DNA from: a virus
Lineage: Duplodnaviria > Caudoviricetes
Virus record (IMG/VR): IMGVR_UViG_3300032305_003086
Location: 1 to 64,000 of that record
Strand: one strand, 5' to 3'
DNA length: 64,000 nucleotides
Position 1 is the first letter of the stretch; each line of letters opens with the position of its first letter. The position numbers were made by a program, and so were the translations under genes. Shown here piece by piece: positions 1 to 9,002 of the stretch. A model generated the notes under the pieces. It worked only from the letters and a program-made list of their open reading frames with translations. It was not told the origin of the DNA and did no database searches.

Positions 1-993
1 AGAAATAGTAGGAGTTTGTGTTGATGTATTGGTGGAGGTTTGTGTTTGTGTAGAAGTTAAAGTTCTAGTCAAAGTTGGAGTGTTGGTGCTTGTTAGAGAA
101 ATAGTAGGAGTTTGTGTTGATGTTCTGGTGGGGGTTTGTGTTGGTGTAGATGTTTTGGTGGGAGTTTGTGTTAATGTAGATGTTAGTGTTTTAGTTAAAG
201 TAGGAGTGTTAGTACTTGTCCTAGTAGGAGTGAGTGTTTTAGTTAAAGTAGGAGTGTTGGTACTTGTCCTAGTAGGAGTGGGTGTTTTTGTGGAAGTTAG
301 TGTTTTAGTTAAAGTAGGAGTGTTGGTACTTGTTAAAGAAATGGTAGGGGTTATAGTTAAAGTTGGCGTTAGAGTCCTGGTCGGCTGAGCAGTGCCGCCA
401 GGAGGCTCTACATCTGGTCCACCTGGGCCAGTTAGACCAAAATATATAGAATCTAAGCCAAAGTCATTTCCTACTGTTGCTCCTTGAACATTTACAATTC
501 TAATATAAATATTTCCATTTTTAGGCGCTAACCATTGACAAGCAACTGCCGCCCAACTCCCAACAGGCAATGTATCAGTTAATGCATTTCTAGCTTTTGG
601 TAAAGCTGCCCAACGTTCTCCTTCATATAAAATCTGAAAACTTAGATTGGCTGGTACTGCGCTAAAACATTTGGAAACATAAGCTTCGAATTGATACAAA
701 GAGCCTTGGGAAACAGCTATCGGCAGTGCATTTCTCCAAGCTACAAGGTCGCCAGAGTTAGCTCCGTTAAAAACAAGGTATCTTCCAGGACTGTGGGGAC
801 CATAGTTCGCCCAATTAAAACGCCAACCAGGTCTATTATGAACATGAAAAGCAGATGTAACCCAACTATAGCAATTTTCTTGATCAATAAGAGTAGCTTT
901 ATATGTAAAGCTGGTGACAAAATAATTCGTTGCTTCTGGATTATAATCAAATCCACCATCTTGTATTAGATTGCCTTGTGCTTGTCTGTACAT
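1..993 (-). CDS. Virion/surface protein, partial (runs off the window edge): N-terminal beta-sandwich/CBM-like domain followed by Thr/Pro-rich mucin-like repeats
   Basis: Absent from the ORF track. Manual translation from ATG at 993 gives MYRQAQGNLIQDGGFDY...GNDFGLDSIYFG..., then TPT/TST repeats to the window edge. The Val-rich + strand ORF 29..388 is its antisense shadow. Confidence 0.8.
   Translation of the reverse strand, partial: MYRQAQGNLIQDGGFDYNPEATNYFVTSFTYKATLIDQENCYSWVTSAFHVHNRPGWRFNWANYGPHSPGRYLVFNGANSGDLVAWRNALPIAVSQGSLYQFEAYVSKCFSAVPANLSFQILYEGERWAALPKARNALTDTLPVGSWAAVACQWLAPKNGNIYIRIVNVQGATVGNDFGLDSIYFGLTGPGGPDVEPPGGTAQPTRTLTPTLTITPTISLTSTNTPTLTKTLTSTKTPTPTRTSTNTPTLTKTLTPTRTSTNTPTLTKTLTSTLTQTPTKTSTPTQTPTRTSTQTPTISLTSTNTPTLTRTLTSTQTQTSTNTSTQTPTIS
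186..335. repeat. Imperfect coding tandem repeat (core gtgttttagttaaagtaggagtgttggtacttgt, 3 copies)
   Basis: Visible copies near 186, 235 and 300; they encode Thr/Pro repeats on the - strand. Confidence 0.75.
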
Positions 994-1032
994 TTGACCC
1001 CAATTTGATAGAATATAAAATTATATATGAAT

Positions 1033-1080
1033 AAAAAATAAAAAGCCTCACAATAATTTATCATGAGGCTTTTTATTTTT
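1033..1080. terminator. Rho-independent terminator, probably bidirectional
   Basis: Inverted repeat aaaaataaaaagcctca...tgaggctttttattttt with A and T tails, downstream of 1106..1588. Confidence 0.75.
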
Positions 1081-1105
1081 TATTCTTTAATAGATCAATA
1101 ATTGA

Positions 1106-1588
1106 TCAAGGACTTGGGGGAAACTTAGTTGCTGCTGGATCAAAAGTAGCTCCAGCTTGTGGTTGAGCTTGTTGAGTTTGTATTCCAGCAACTTGTTTGT
1201 TAGCTAGCTGCCCTTCCTGATTTTTTAGTTCCTGAATAGTTTCTTTTAACCAATTTAATAAAGGCATAGACTTTATTGAAGGTGATCCTGTTGTTGCGGA
1301 TCTACTCCAATTCGGATCTTTTTCAAGTTGACCTAAAGCTTTTTGTAAAGCAGAAATAGCATTAGAATACTGCGTTGCAGGCCCGGTCATTTGGCTCCAA
1401 GCAGCAGTCGCTCCGTCCTTGACGGACTTCCACATTTGACCGCCTGCTTTTGCAAGATTATTAAAAAAGCCAGCTTCATCTAAAATACTATAAAGCTCTG
1501 GGTTGAGTTTGGACTCGATAATAACAGATTCCAATAGGCTGTCGATGTGTTGTCTTTTGTTATAATACTCAGAAAAATTGGTCTTCAT
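1106..1588 (-). CDS. Hypothetical protein, possible internal head protein
   Basis: 160-aa ORF with AAGGA RBS; N-terminus MKTNFSEYY resembles a T4 capsid-targeting sequence. Confidence 0.7.
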   Translation of the reverse strand: MKTNFSEYYNKRQHIDSLLESVIIESKLNPELYSILDEAGFFNNLAKAGGQMWKSVKDGATAAWSQMTGPATQYSNAISALQKALGQLEKDPNWSRSATTGSPSIKSMPLLNWLKETIQELKNQEGQLANKQVAGIQTQQAQPQAGATFDPAATKFPPSP

Positions 1589-1603
1589 AATTTCATTCCT
1601 TTA

Positions 1604-1837
1604 TTATTTCATGTTTTCTTTATCCAAATCAGCAGTAGCTTTACTTGGATTGAAATAGTGGTTTGGATATTGAGCGGCAACATAAGCTGCTGGGTAGTTT
1701 GCACTATATCCTGTTCTTACTCTTTTTTCATCAATCGTTGGCTTGCCGTCAGTTTCTACCTTTTCAGCATTATTGGCATCAGTGATGGATGGCAATTGTA
1801 ATTTTTGTTCTTTTATCCAACTTAAAAATGTTTGCAT
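1604..1837 (-). CDS. Hypothetical protein, possible internal head protein
   Basis: 77 aa, AGGAG RBS, N-terminus MQTFLSWIKE. Confidence 0.7.
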   Translation of the reverse strand: MQTFLSWIKEQKLQLPSITDANNAEKVETDGKPTIDEKRVRTGYSANYPAAYVAAQYPNHYFNPSKATADLDKENMK

Positions 1838-1892
1838 TTATAATCTCTCCTAATTTTTCGGAACTATTTTATATAGTTATTAGAATATATTT

Positions 1893-2513
1893 TTATCTAA
1901 TTCCTTGCGTAATTTTACCTACTGGGGCAAATCCTAGATCTCCAGGAATTGATCCTAATTGGTCACTAACGCTTGCCCACCAGGCCTTTTCATCTTCTGT
2001 CATTTCTTTTTCTTCTAAAAGATTTTTAATATTTTCTAGATTACTTCTGACTTGGGATACAACTTTTGTATCTTTTCCTTCTAAAAGAGAGTCGAAATCA
2101 GCTAAAATTTCATTCCATTCTTTTTTAGATTTTTTCTTCATCTTCATTTTCATCTTCATTTTCTTTTTCATCATCATTTTTTCTTCGGAATCTTCCTCGG
2201 AATCTTCATCCTCGGAATCTTCATCTTCATCTTCAGAATCTTCTTTTTCTTCTTTTTCAGAATCTTCATCTTCGTGTTTGTCCGAATCACAACCGCAATC
2301 CATTCCTTTTTTCATCATTTTTCCACATTTGCATTTCATTTTTTTAGCTTCTTCCAAAGAAAGCTCTTCGTTTTCTTCAGTCTCTGTTTCCATTACTTCA
2401 GTCGCTCCTAAAGCTCCTATCGGACCGCTTACTGAACTAGGATTCTTGATACCTAGATTGATGGCTCCATAAAGAGATTCATTTAGTTGTTTATATTCTT
2501 TATAAGATAGCAT
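1893..2513 (-). CDS. Low-complexity acidic/Met-Lys-rich protein, possible head core or internal protein
   Basis: MLSYKEYKQLNE start, long E/D tract, KMMMKKKMKMKMKMKKK tract; GGAG RBS. Confidence 0.75.
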   Translation of the reverse strand: MLSYKEYKQLNESLYGAINLGIKNPSSVSGPIGALGATEVMETETEENEELSLEEAKKMKCKCGKMMKKGMDCGCDSDKHEDEDSEKEEKEDSEDEDEDSEDEDSEEDSEEKMMMKKKMKMKMKMKKKSKKEWNEILADFDSLLEGKDTKVVSQVRSNLENIKNLLEEKEMTEDEKAWWASVSDQLGSIPGDLGFAPVGKITQGIR

Positions 2514-2562
2514 ATTTTAAACTCCGATTTTAGTAGTGAAAACCATGATTATATATACTTCC

Positions 2563-3315
2563 GTGAAAAAATTTTTAATAATACTCTTTTTTTTATTTTT
2601 CATCTTTTTATTATTAAATAATAAAAAAGAAAAATATTTCCATCCAATTGGCGAAAGAATAGAATCGCCAGATATTTTAAATAATTTAAATTCAAAGTTA
2701 ATAAATATTAAAAAAATATATTGTGACTTGCAGATAAAACAAGGGATAGGATCAATAAAAGGCTTTATAGCATACGAAAAGCCAAATAATTTTAAGATGA
2801 TTGGAAGTTCAATATTCTCAAAAGAATTAGAAATAGGATCAAATAATAATTATTTTTGGTTTTATATAAGAACAATGAAGCCAAAAGGTCTGTACTACTG
2901 TGATTTGAAATCTATAGAAAAGACCAGGCTTAGAAAAATATTTTATCCTAGCCTATTGAATAGTTTTATTGGAATAAATCAAATTACTAATAAAAATTTA
3001 TTTAAAACAGAAGATTATTATTACTTAAAAGAACAAATAAATATTGGCAAAGATTCTTATTCTAAAATAACAATAATTAAAAATGATAAAATTATAGGTT
3101 ATAAATTTTGTAACAATGATAAAATTTTATTAGAAGTTGAAATAATAGAATTTCAAAATATAAAAGGTTTATATTTGCCGCAAAAAATAAAAATAAATTG
3201 GATTGAAGAGTCCATAAAGCAAGAATGGACTCTTAGTAAAATAGAGATTAATTCAAATTATAATGAATGGGAAATGCCAAATTATAAAAATAAAATAAAT
3301 TTAATAGATTATTGA
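2563..3315 (+). CDS. Membrane-anchored LolA-like (lipoprotein-sorting fold) protein
   Basis: N-terminal TM helix; YEKPNNFK, LEIGSNNNYFWFY and GLYLPQKIKINW match the LolA-like beta-sheet pattern. Probable start is GTG at 2563. Confidence 0.55.
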   Translation: MKKFLIILFFLFFIFLLLNNKKEKYFHPIGERIESPDILNNLNSKLINIKKIYCDLQIKQGIGSIKGFIAYEKPNNFKMIGSSIFSKELEIGSNNNYFWFYIRTMKPKGLYYCDLKSIEKTRLRKIFYPSLLNSFIGINQITNKNLFKTEDYYYLKEQINIGKDSYSKITIIKNDKIIGYKFCNNDKILLEVEIIEFQNIKGLYLPQKIKINWIEESIKQEWTLSKIEINSNYNEWEMPNYKNKINLIDY

Positions 3316-3530
3316 CCACTTCTTTTTGCAATAATTGCTTGAATTCTTTTTTTTCTTTCTGCGTCTCTTTGTTCTTTAGAAAGACCGGTAACATTTCCAT
3401 CGGATCTACTAGAAGAATTTTCTAAAGCCCTTAGTCTAGCAGCATTATTTATATTTTGAGAAACAGGAGCTGGTCCTGCGGCTGGTCGATTAACTCTTCT
3501 TGGTCCACCTCCCCTACATCCACAACCCAT
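3309..3530 (-). CDS. Small basic protein with N-terminal MGCGC
   Basis: 73 aa, AGGAG RBS upstream. Confidence 0.65.
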   Translation of the reverse strand: MGCGCRGGGPRRVNRPAAGPAPVSQNINNAARLRALENSSSRSDGNVTGLSKEQRDAERKKRIQAIIAKRSGQ

Positions 3531-3540
3531 TTTATACTCC

Positions 3541-3684
3541 TTATAAAAATAATTTTAAATTTTTAGATAACTTAGTTTTTACTTCCTTAATTTCTTTATT
3601 TTTTTTTCTAACATATGTATGTTTATTTATATTTTTTTGACAATTACAATTTCTTTTTGGTAAAACTCTTTTATTATCAGACAT
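3541..3684 (-). CDS. Small basic protein with CNC motif (47 aa)
   Basis: C-terminal part of ORF 3541..3924, starting at ATG 3684. This start avoids overlap with the TPR gene and follows an ATAAATA box. Confidence 0.45.
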   Translation of the reverse strand: MSDNKRVLPKRNCNCQKNINKHTYVRKKNKEIKEVKTKLSKNLKLFL

Positions 3685-3697
3685 ACAGTATTTATTT

Positions 3698-5164
3698 ATG
3701 AAATTAATAAAAAAAGCAATAAAATTAGCTGATGATAAAATAAAAAATAAAGCATATATCGAAGCAGAAACAATATGCGAACAAATTATTAAGGTTGAGC
3801 CTAAAAATCTAGATGCTTTATATCTCTTATCTATTTCAAAATATAAACTCTCAAAAAAAGAAGAATTTAAGGAATGTTTTGATAAAATTCTGAAATTAAC
3901 TCCTAATGACTTCAATGCAAACAATTCACTAGGAATTTCCTACCTTCATTTAGGCAATTTGCAAAAATCAATTGAATATTTCAATAAAGCAATAAAATTA
4001 GAGCCTAAAAATCCTTTGGGCTGGTCAAATTTGGGATGTCAGCTAAGAGCACAAAAGTCTAATTATAAAGCAATACGATGTTTAGAAAAAGCAAATACTT
4101 TATCTAAAGGCAAAGATGCAAAAATTTTAGTAAACTTGGCAGGAGCTTACGCAGAGTCTTTGAATATAAAAGAATCGATCAAAATTCTTAAAAAAGCAAT
4201 TAAAATAAATGAAAAACTACATTCGGCCCATGTAGATCTGGCCTGTGCTTATTTTCTAAACAAAGAGTACAAAAAAGCTTGGAGTCATTATCAGCATAGA
4301 TTTTATCATTTTGATTATCTAAAGTCTAAATTAGAAAATTTTAATAAAAATAAAAAATGGAATGGAGAAGATATAAAAAATGGAAAAACAATTTTATTTT
4401 TTTGTGAACAAGGAATTGGGGATTCAATAAATTTTATTAGATTTATTGAAAATTTCAAAGAAAAATTTCCAAATGTAATAGTAAAAACACTAGTTCCAAA
4501 TGTTTTATTTGACTTGTTTAGTAAAAATTTTGAAGGAATAATAAAGAATTTAGAAGAACATGATCACTGGTGTAGTGTGATGGATATTCCTTATTATTTG
4601 GGATTAGGACCAAAAGAAATTAAAAATAATTACAAGCCTTACATCAAAGAAACAAAAAAATGTGATTATTCAAAGTTTGATAATTTATACAAAATAGGAA
4701 TATGTTGGGCAGGAAACCCTCAGCATCCAAAAGATGCAGATAGGTCTTGTTATTTATATTATTTCAAAGAACTCTATGACATTCCTAAAACAAAATTATT
4801 TAGCCTTCAAAAAGACTTGAGAAAAAGAGTTTGGCCTTTTTATGATGACCCTGTTGATCTTTCAGATTGTCCAGAAATAAAAATGATCAATATGGCTGGA
4901 CATATGAACTGCTGGGAGGATACGGCATCGATAATATCCGGCTTAGATCTAGTGATATCGGTAGATACATCTATACTGCATTTGGCAGGAGCCATGGGTA
5001 AAAAAACTTTTGGATTATTGCAATTCTTTCCAGATTGGAGATGGGGATTAGATTCAACAAGTACTTTTTGGTATCCAAATGTTACTTTGTTTAGACAAAA
5101 AGTTCAAAATGATTGGTTTAGTGTTTTTCACGAAATCAAAAAAGAAATTAATATCAATATATAA
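3698..5164 (+). CDS. TPR-repeat protein with C-terminal GT9-like glycosyltransferase domain
   Basis: Multiple TPRs, then EQGIGDSINFIRF, IGICWAGNP, DLVISVDTSILHLAGAMG and DWRW. Confidence 0.9.
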   Translation: MKLIKKAIKLADDKIKNKAYIEAETICEQIIKVEPKNLDALYLLSISKYKLSKKEEFKECFDKILKLTPNDFNANNSLGISYLHLGNLQKSIEYFNKAIKLEPKNPLGWSNLGCQLRAQKSNYKAIRCLEKANTLSKGKDAKILVNLAGAYAESLNIKESIKILKKAIKINEKLHSAHVDLACAYFLNKEYKKAWSHYQHRFYHFDYLKSKLENFNKNKKWNGEDIKNGKTILFFCEQGIGDSINFIRFIENFKEKFPNVIVKTLVPNVLFDLFSKNFEGIIKNLEEHDHWCSVMDIPYYLGLGPKEIKNNYKPYIKETKKCDYSKFDNLYKIGICWAGNPQHPKDADRSCYLYYFKELYDIPKTKLFSLQKDLRKRVWPFYDDPVDLSDCPEIKMINMAGHMNCWEDTASIISGLDLVISVDTSILHLAGAMGKKTFGLLQFFPDWRWGLDSTSTFWYPNVTLFRQKVQNDWFSVFHEIKKEININI

Positions 5165-5199
5165 TGTAAGCTGAAGCCATAAACAAGGAGGTTGCTTCT

Positions 5200-5628
5200 A
5201 TGGATATAAAATCAAAATCAAATCCCATTGGAATAATTCAAAATATTCCTGAACTTGAGCAAAAAATAAAAAATTTAATGCAAGAATGGGATGACAAAAT
5301 CAAAGTTGTCTCTGCTGGTTGGCTTTATTATTTTGGAGCTAAAGGAAAAGTAACATTAAGTTTGGTAACAAGTTTTTTGTTATTTGCTCTAGATGAATTG
5401 ATTACGGCTGCAAATGAGGTCCTAATAAGCGGCCCGGATAAAAAAGCTACAGTACTAAGCGGACTAGATAAGTTGTATGAATATGTAATAAAAGAAGCCT
5501 TGCCTATATGGCTTAGGCCGTTTGCATCTGCGGTGAAGCAATATGTGATTTATTCACTGGCTTCTTATGCTATAGATTATATTGTTCTTAAATACAAAAA
5601 TGGAAACTGGAAAACAACAGGAGGTTAA
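5200..5628 (+). CDS. Hypothetical protein
   Basis: 142 aa, AGGAGG RBS, AATATATAAT box upstream. Confidence 0.7.
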   Translation: MDIKSKSNPIGIIQNIPELEQKIKNLMQEWDDKIKVVSAGWLYYFGAKGKVTLSLVTSFLLFALDELITAANEVLISGPDKKATVLSGLDKLYEYVIKEALPIWLRPFASAVKQYVIYSLASYAIDYIVLKYKNGNWKTTGG

Positions 5629-5629
5629 T

Positions 5630-6586
5630 ATGTCAAAAAAAGAATTTCATCTTTTCCCATACGAAGTGCAAAATGTTTTTTCAATTCAAGAAGTAAAACA
5701 GAATGCTGGCTGGGGAATAAATGCTTTTGATTTACCTAAAGCATGGCAAAAAACAAAAGGAGAAGGGGTAAAAATAGCAGTTCTTGATACGGGTTGCGAC
5801 TTAAGTCACCAAGACTTAGTTGCAAATTTATTACCAGGAAAAAATTTTATAGATGAAAGCAAGGAACCTTTAGATGATAATGGCCATGGAACGCATGTGT
5901 GCGGAATCATTGCTGCAGAAAACAATGAAATGGGAATTGTTGGAGTTGCTCCTAATTCAAGTATAATACCTGTAAAAGTTTTGGACAGGAATGGAGGAGG
6001 AGATGTAGCAACAGTCTGCAAAGGAATAAAATGGGCTGTTGATGTGGCAAAAGCAGATTTTATATGCATGAGCCTTGGATGCCCAAATCCAGTAGATGAA
6101 GTTAGAGATTGTATAAAATATGCAATGTCTAAAAAAGTCATTTGTTTTGTTGCTGCTGGAAATTCCGGAGAGACAAAAGAAGTTTTTTATCCGGCTAATT
6201 ATCCAGAAGCTGTGGCTATCGGATCTATAGATGAAAATTTCAATAGATCGAGTTTTAGCAACACAGGAGAAAACTTAGATTTTTTAGCTCCAGGAGGAAA
6301 AATACTATCTACCGTTCCAACAAATTGGTATGCTATTATGAGTGGAACTAGCATGGCTACTCCATTCGTTGTTGGAGTGGCAGCTTTATATCTAGCTTAT
6401 TCGAGAAAAAATAATCTTTCCGTGAAGCTTGATAATAATTGGGACTATATAAATGAATTTAAAAAACACACAAGAAATATAGAATCGATAAAAGGTAACA
6501 AAGCATTTTATGAAGGATTCGGAATACTTGACCCGAAAAAAATGTTTGAAAGTCTTAAATCTATATTTTTTGAATTATTTTTATAA
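5630..6586 (+). CDS. Subtilisin-like serine protease (S8)
   Basis: Catalytic motifs VLDTG, HGTHVCG, AAGN and SGTSMATP. Start at ATG 5630 after GGAGG. Confidence 0.95.
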   Translation: MSKKEFHLFPYEVQNVFSIQEVKQNAGWGINAFDLPKAWQKTKGEGVKIAVLDTGCDLSHQDLVANLLPGKNFIDESKEPLDDNGHGTHVCGIIAAENNEMGIVGVAPNSSIIPVKVLDRNGGGDVATVCKGIKWAVDVAKADFICMSLGCPNPVDEVRDCIKYAMSKKVICFVAAGNSGETKEVFYPANYPEAVAIGSIDENFNRSSFSNTGENLDFLAPGGKILSTVPTNWYAIMSGTSMATPFVVGVAALYLAYSRKNNLSVKLDNNWDYINEFKKHTRNIESIKGNKAFYEGFGILDPKKMFESLKSIFFELFL

Positions 6587-7225
6587 TTCTTTTTCTCTAA
6601 AAAAATAGATGAATTCAGAAATTTGATTTCGAATCAAAACTTGTTGTTCGCAATCTTTTTCGAATTCATCTATATTTTTTAATAAGGACTCAAAGGCATA
6701 AATGCAATCTTTGATTTCTTTGCATTTTTCATACTTTTCTTCTCTGGCAAATAATGCCAACTTTTGCTTAAGTTCTAATAAGAATTTTTTAGGATCCGTT
6801 TCTTGTGCTTGTTTTTTCTTCCATTGAGAAGGGACGCTTCCCACATGCTTTAATTCTTTTTTTATTAATTGGGGATTTCTTTGAAGCTTTTCAAATGCAA
6901 TTATTAATGGCTTTTCAAATACTTGATAGCATTTTTCACAACCAAGCCTACTTTTGTTGAGTAACTCTTCCAATGTTAGTTTGCAAAATTCACAATAAAG
7001 AGATTTAGAATTGTTTTGTTTTTCTTCGATCAATTTTGTTTCAGCAGGAGCTGAGCATGTCTCTGGGGTCGGTGTGGTTTCTAAAATTTTCCCATCAAAA
7101 TTTGAAATTTGAGATAAGCAATCTTCACAAACATTAGAAATACTTACTTCATTATTTTTTATATTTGTTACATGAAAAGCCTTATATTTCATACAGGCCT
7201 TACCAGTGATTGGACAATTGAGCAT
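6581..7225 (-). CDS. mcsA: McsA-like protein (CxxC Zn motifs plus UVR domain; protein-arginine kinase activator family)
   Basis: VCEDC, CEFC, RLGCEKCYQVF, HVGSVP and a UVR-like EEKYEKCKEIKD helix pair, in McsA order. Confidence 0.75.
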   Translation of the reverse strand: MLNCPITGKACMKYKAFHVTNIKNNEVSISNVCEDCLSQISNFDGKILETTPTPETCSAPAETKLIEEKQNNSKSLYCEFCKLTLEELLNKSRLGCEKCYQVFEKPLIIAFEKLQRNPQLIKKELKHVGSVPSQWKKKQAQETDPKKFLLELKQKLALFAREEKYEKCKEIKDCIYAFESLLKNIDEFEKDCEQQVLIRNQISEFIYFFREKEL

Positions 7226-7761
7226 TATTTTTTCCTATCAATTAAATTTTGATTTTCATTCCAATTTTTAATTTTAATTAGTAAGTTTTGTTTTTCATCT
7301 TCTGTGAGATCCGAAACATTCTGAAGGCGTTCTTCTAATAATTTTTCAAATTTAATAGCATGTTTACTTCTAAGCTCTTTTAGCTTATTGATTAGTTTTG
7401 TTAGACCTTCTTTTTCTTCTTTTTCTTTTAGATTAGAAAGATCTTTACTCCAAATTATATTGACTACATATAGCATATCAGAAATAGATTGAGCTTGATA
7501 TATGTAAAAAGAATTCAGTTCATTAGATTCTAATCTCCACAAGTTTTTTTCTTTTGATCCTTTATAAATTTGATTATAAAAAGACATCTTATCAAAATTA
7601 TTAATTATATTTTCAAAATAAGAAATAATTACTTCATTTTTTGAAAATTTTTCTTTTAAATTTTCTACTTTTACTTGATTTTGATAATTTGTCTGGTCTG
7701 GCAGTGTTAGGGTCTCATCGGATTGAAGAGCAAAAAGTAGAATTAGTAGTAGTTTATTCAT
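7225..7761 (-). CDS. Hypothetical helical protein with signal peptide
   Basis: MNKLLLILLFALQS leader; overlaps both neighbouring genes. Confidence 0.65.
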   Translation of the reverse strand: MNKLLLILLFALQSDETLTLPDQTNYQNQVKVENLKEKFSKNEVIISYFENIINNFDKMSFYNQIYKGSKEKNLWRLESNELNSFYIYQAQSISDMLYVVNIIWSKDLSNLKEKEEKEGLTKLINKLKELRSKHAIKFEKLLEERLQNVSDLTEDEKQNLLIKIKNWNENQNLIDRKK

Positions 7762-8620
7762 AATAAAAACAAGGCTTATTACTAAAAGGTTGAGTGGTTG
7801 GATTTTTTACTAAATTTCCACTAAATCTAAATTCGAACCCATTTAATTGATCATTTGAAACAGATCCCAATGTAACTCTCTTGACCCAAACAGGAACTCC
7901 ATCTTTTGGTCTCAAGTCTCCAATAAAAATCTTAGTTTCGTTGTTGATGTCGTTCGTTTCATAAAAGGTTACGTTAGAGGGGATCGTAGTGTTTGTTGCT
8001 AATAAAGGTGCTATAGAATTTATCGGTTGACCTTCCGCAGTCTTTTGAATTTTTATTGAATTTGAAGGACTTAAATTATTTATTCCGACTTCAATCAAAG
8101 AGTGGTTTCTATAATTATCTTCTCCCAAAAAAGAAATTTGATAATTATTTGTAAAAATTCTTTGAACCACAACGCCAGATAAAATGTCCAAATCATTTAG
8201 AGCATTCTCTATATTTTTTTGAAATATTAAATAATTATTATTCCAACTAATATTAGAAGTTGTGTATTCATCATAAATAAGTTGAAAACTTCCCGACCTA
8301 GGAATTTGATCTAATGATAGAACTTGAACATCTGTTGACTTCGACAATCCAATTTGGCACTTAGAGACGCCTGTCAATTGACTTTTTAGGTACAGGTTCA
8401 CGTTAAAAATCGAACTACTTTCGCTATCATTAAAAATATAAAAGCAACGATAATCTACCAATCCAATCTCAGCATCCTCTTTTTTTACATATCCAAATAA
8501 ATTATTAACAGATAAATTAATTGGATTAATTGAAGGATAACCCCCAATAGATTTTGTAGGATCTAAATTATTAGAACCGCCAGAATAAACAAAATTTATA
8601 TCATTTGTTGTTATTGCCAT
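7754..8620 (-). CDS. Putative virion structural protein
   Basis: 288 aa, beta-rich, with SGG...SIGG, DYRCFYIFN and VWVKR motifs of a phage structural type. Confidence 0.6.
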   Translation of the reverse strand: MAITTNDINFVYSGGSNNLDPTKSIGGYPSINPINLSVNNLFGYVKKEDAEIGLVDYRCFYIFNDSESSSIFNVNLYLKSQLTGVSKCQIGLSKSTDVQVLSLDQIPRSGSFQLIYDEYTTSNISWNNNYLIFQKNIENALNDLDILSGVVVQRIFTNNYQISFLGEDNYRNHSLIEVGINNLSPSNSIKIQKTAEGQPINSIAPLLATNTTIPSNVTFYETNDINNETKIFIGDLRPKDGVPVWVKRVTLGSVSNDQLNGFEFRFSGNLVKNPTTQPFSNKPCFYYE

Positions 8621-8900
8621 TTTTTAATATATTTAAGACGTGTCTTTTTGAATAACCTGTGAATTCTGAGACTTTTTCAGGTTTCATTCCTGAGTCTGCT
8701 AGCGATCTTACGGTGTCATGTTGCATTTTTCTTCTATTTGGCTTACCAAAAGAATGAATAATTCTGTATATTTCGGGTATCGACTTTTTTGTTTCATTTG
8801 ACAAATGTCTAACGGAATCTTTGCCATCAAAATATAGTCCGGCTATATCTAAATTACTTAAATTTGCTTCGTTTTCTTCTAAAAATTGCTTGAAATTCAT
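8601..8900 (-). CDS. Small protein with capsid-targeting-like N-terminus and C-terminal HTH
   Basis: Likely start MNFKQFLEE at 8900; GMKPEKVSEFTGYSKRHVLNIL is HTH-like. Confidence 0.6.
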   Translation of the reverse strand: MNFKQFLEENEANLSNLDIAGLYFDGKDSVRHLSNETKKSIPEIYRIIHSFGKPNRRKMQHDTVRSLADSGMKPEKVSEFTGYSKRHVLNILKNGNNNK

Positions 8901-8954
8901 AAAATTATATATGGTTATAAATATATTTTCAGGCAAATCATTGTGCGTTTAGCC

Positions 8955-8984
8955 TTGACGAACAATATGGCACGAGTTTATATT
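8955..8984 (+). promoter_or_regulatory. Putative sigma70-type (early) promoter
   Basis: TTGACG-N18-TATATT upstream of an AAGGAG RBS and ATG 9003. Confidence 0.4.
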
Positions 8985-9002
8985 ATAAGAAAGGAGAATG
9001 CT

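Noticed and set aside
29-388. Val/Gly-rich ORF on the + strand (likewise 53685..53966, 54819..55091, 55317..55754 and 59129..59512 on the - strand)
   Set aside because: Antisense shadows of Thr/Pro codon repeats in real genes on the opposite strand.
1789-2472. 227-aa Ser/Phe-rich + strand ORF
   Set aside because: Antisense shadow of the Glu/Lys-rich gene 1893..2513.
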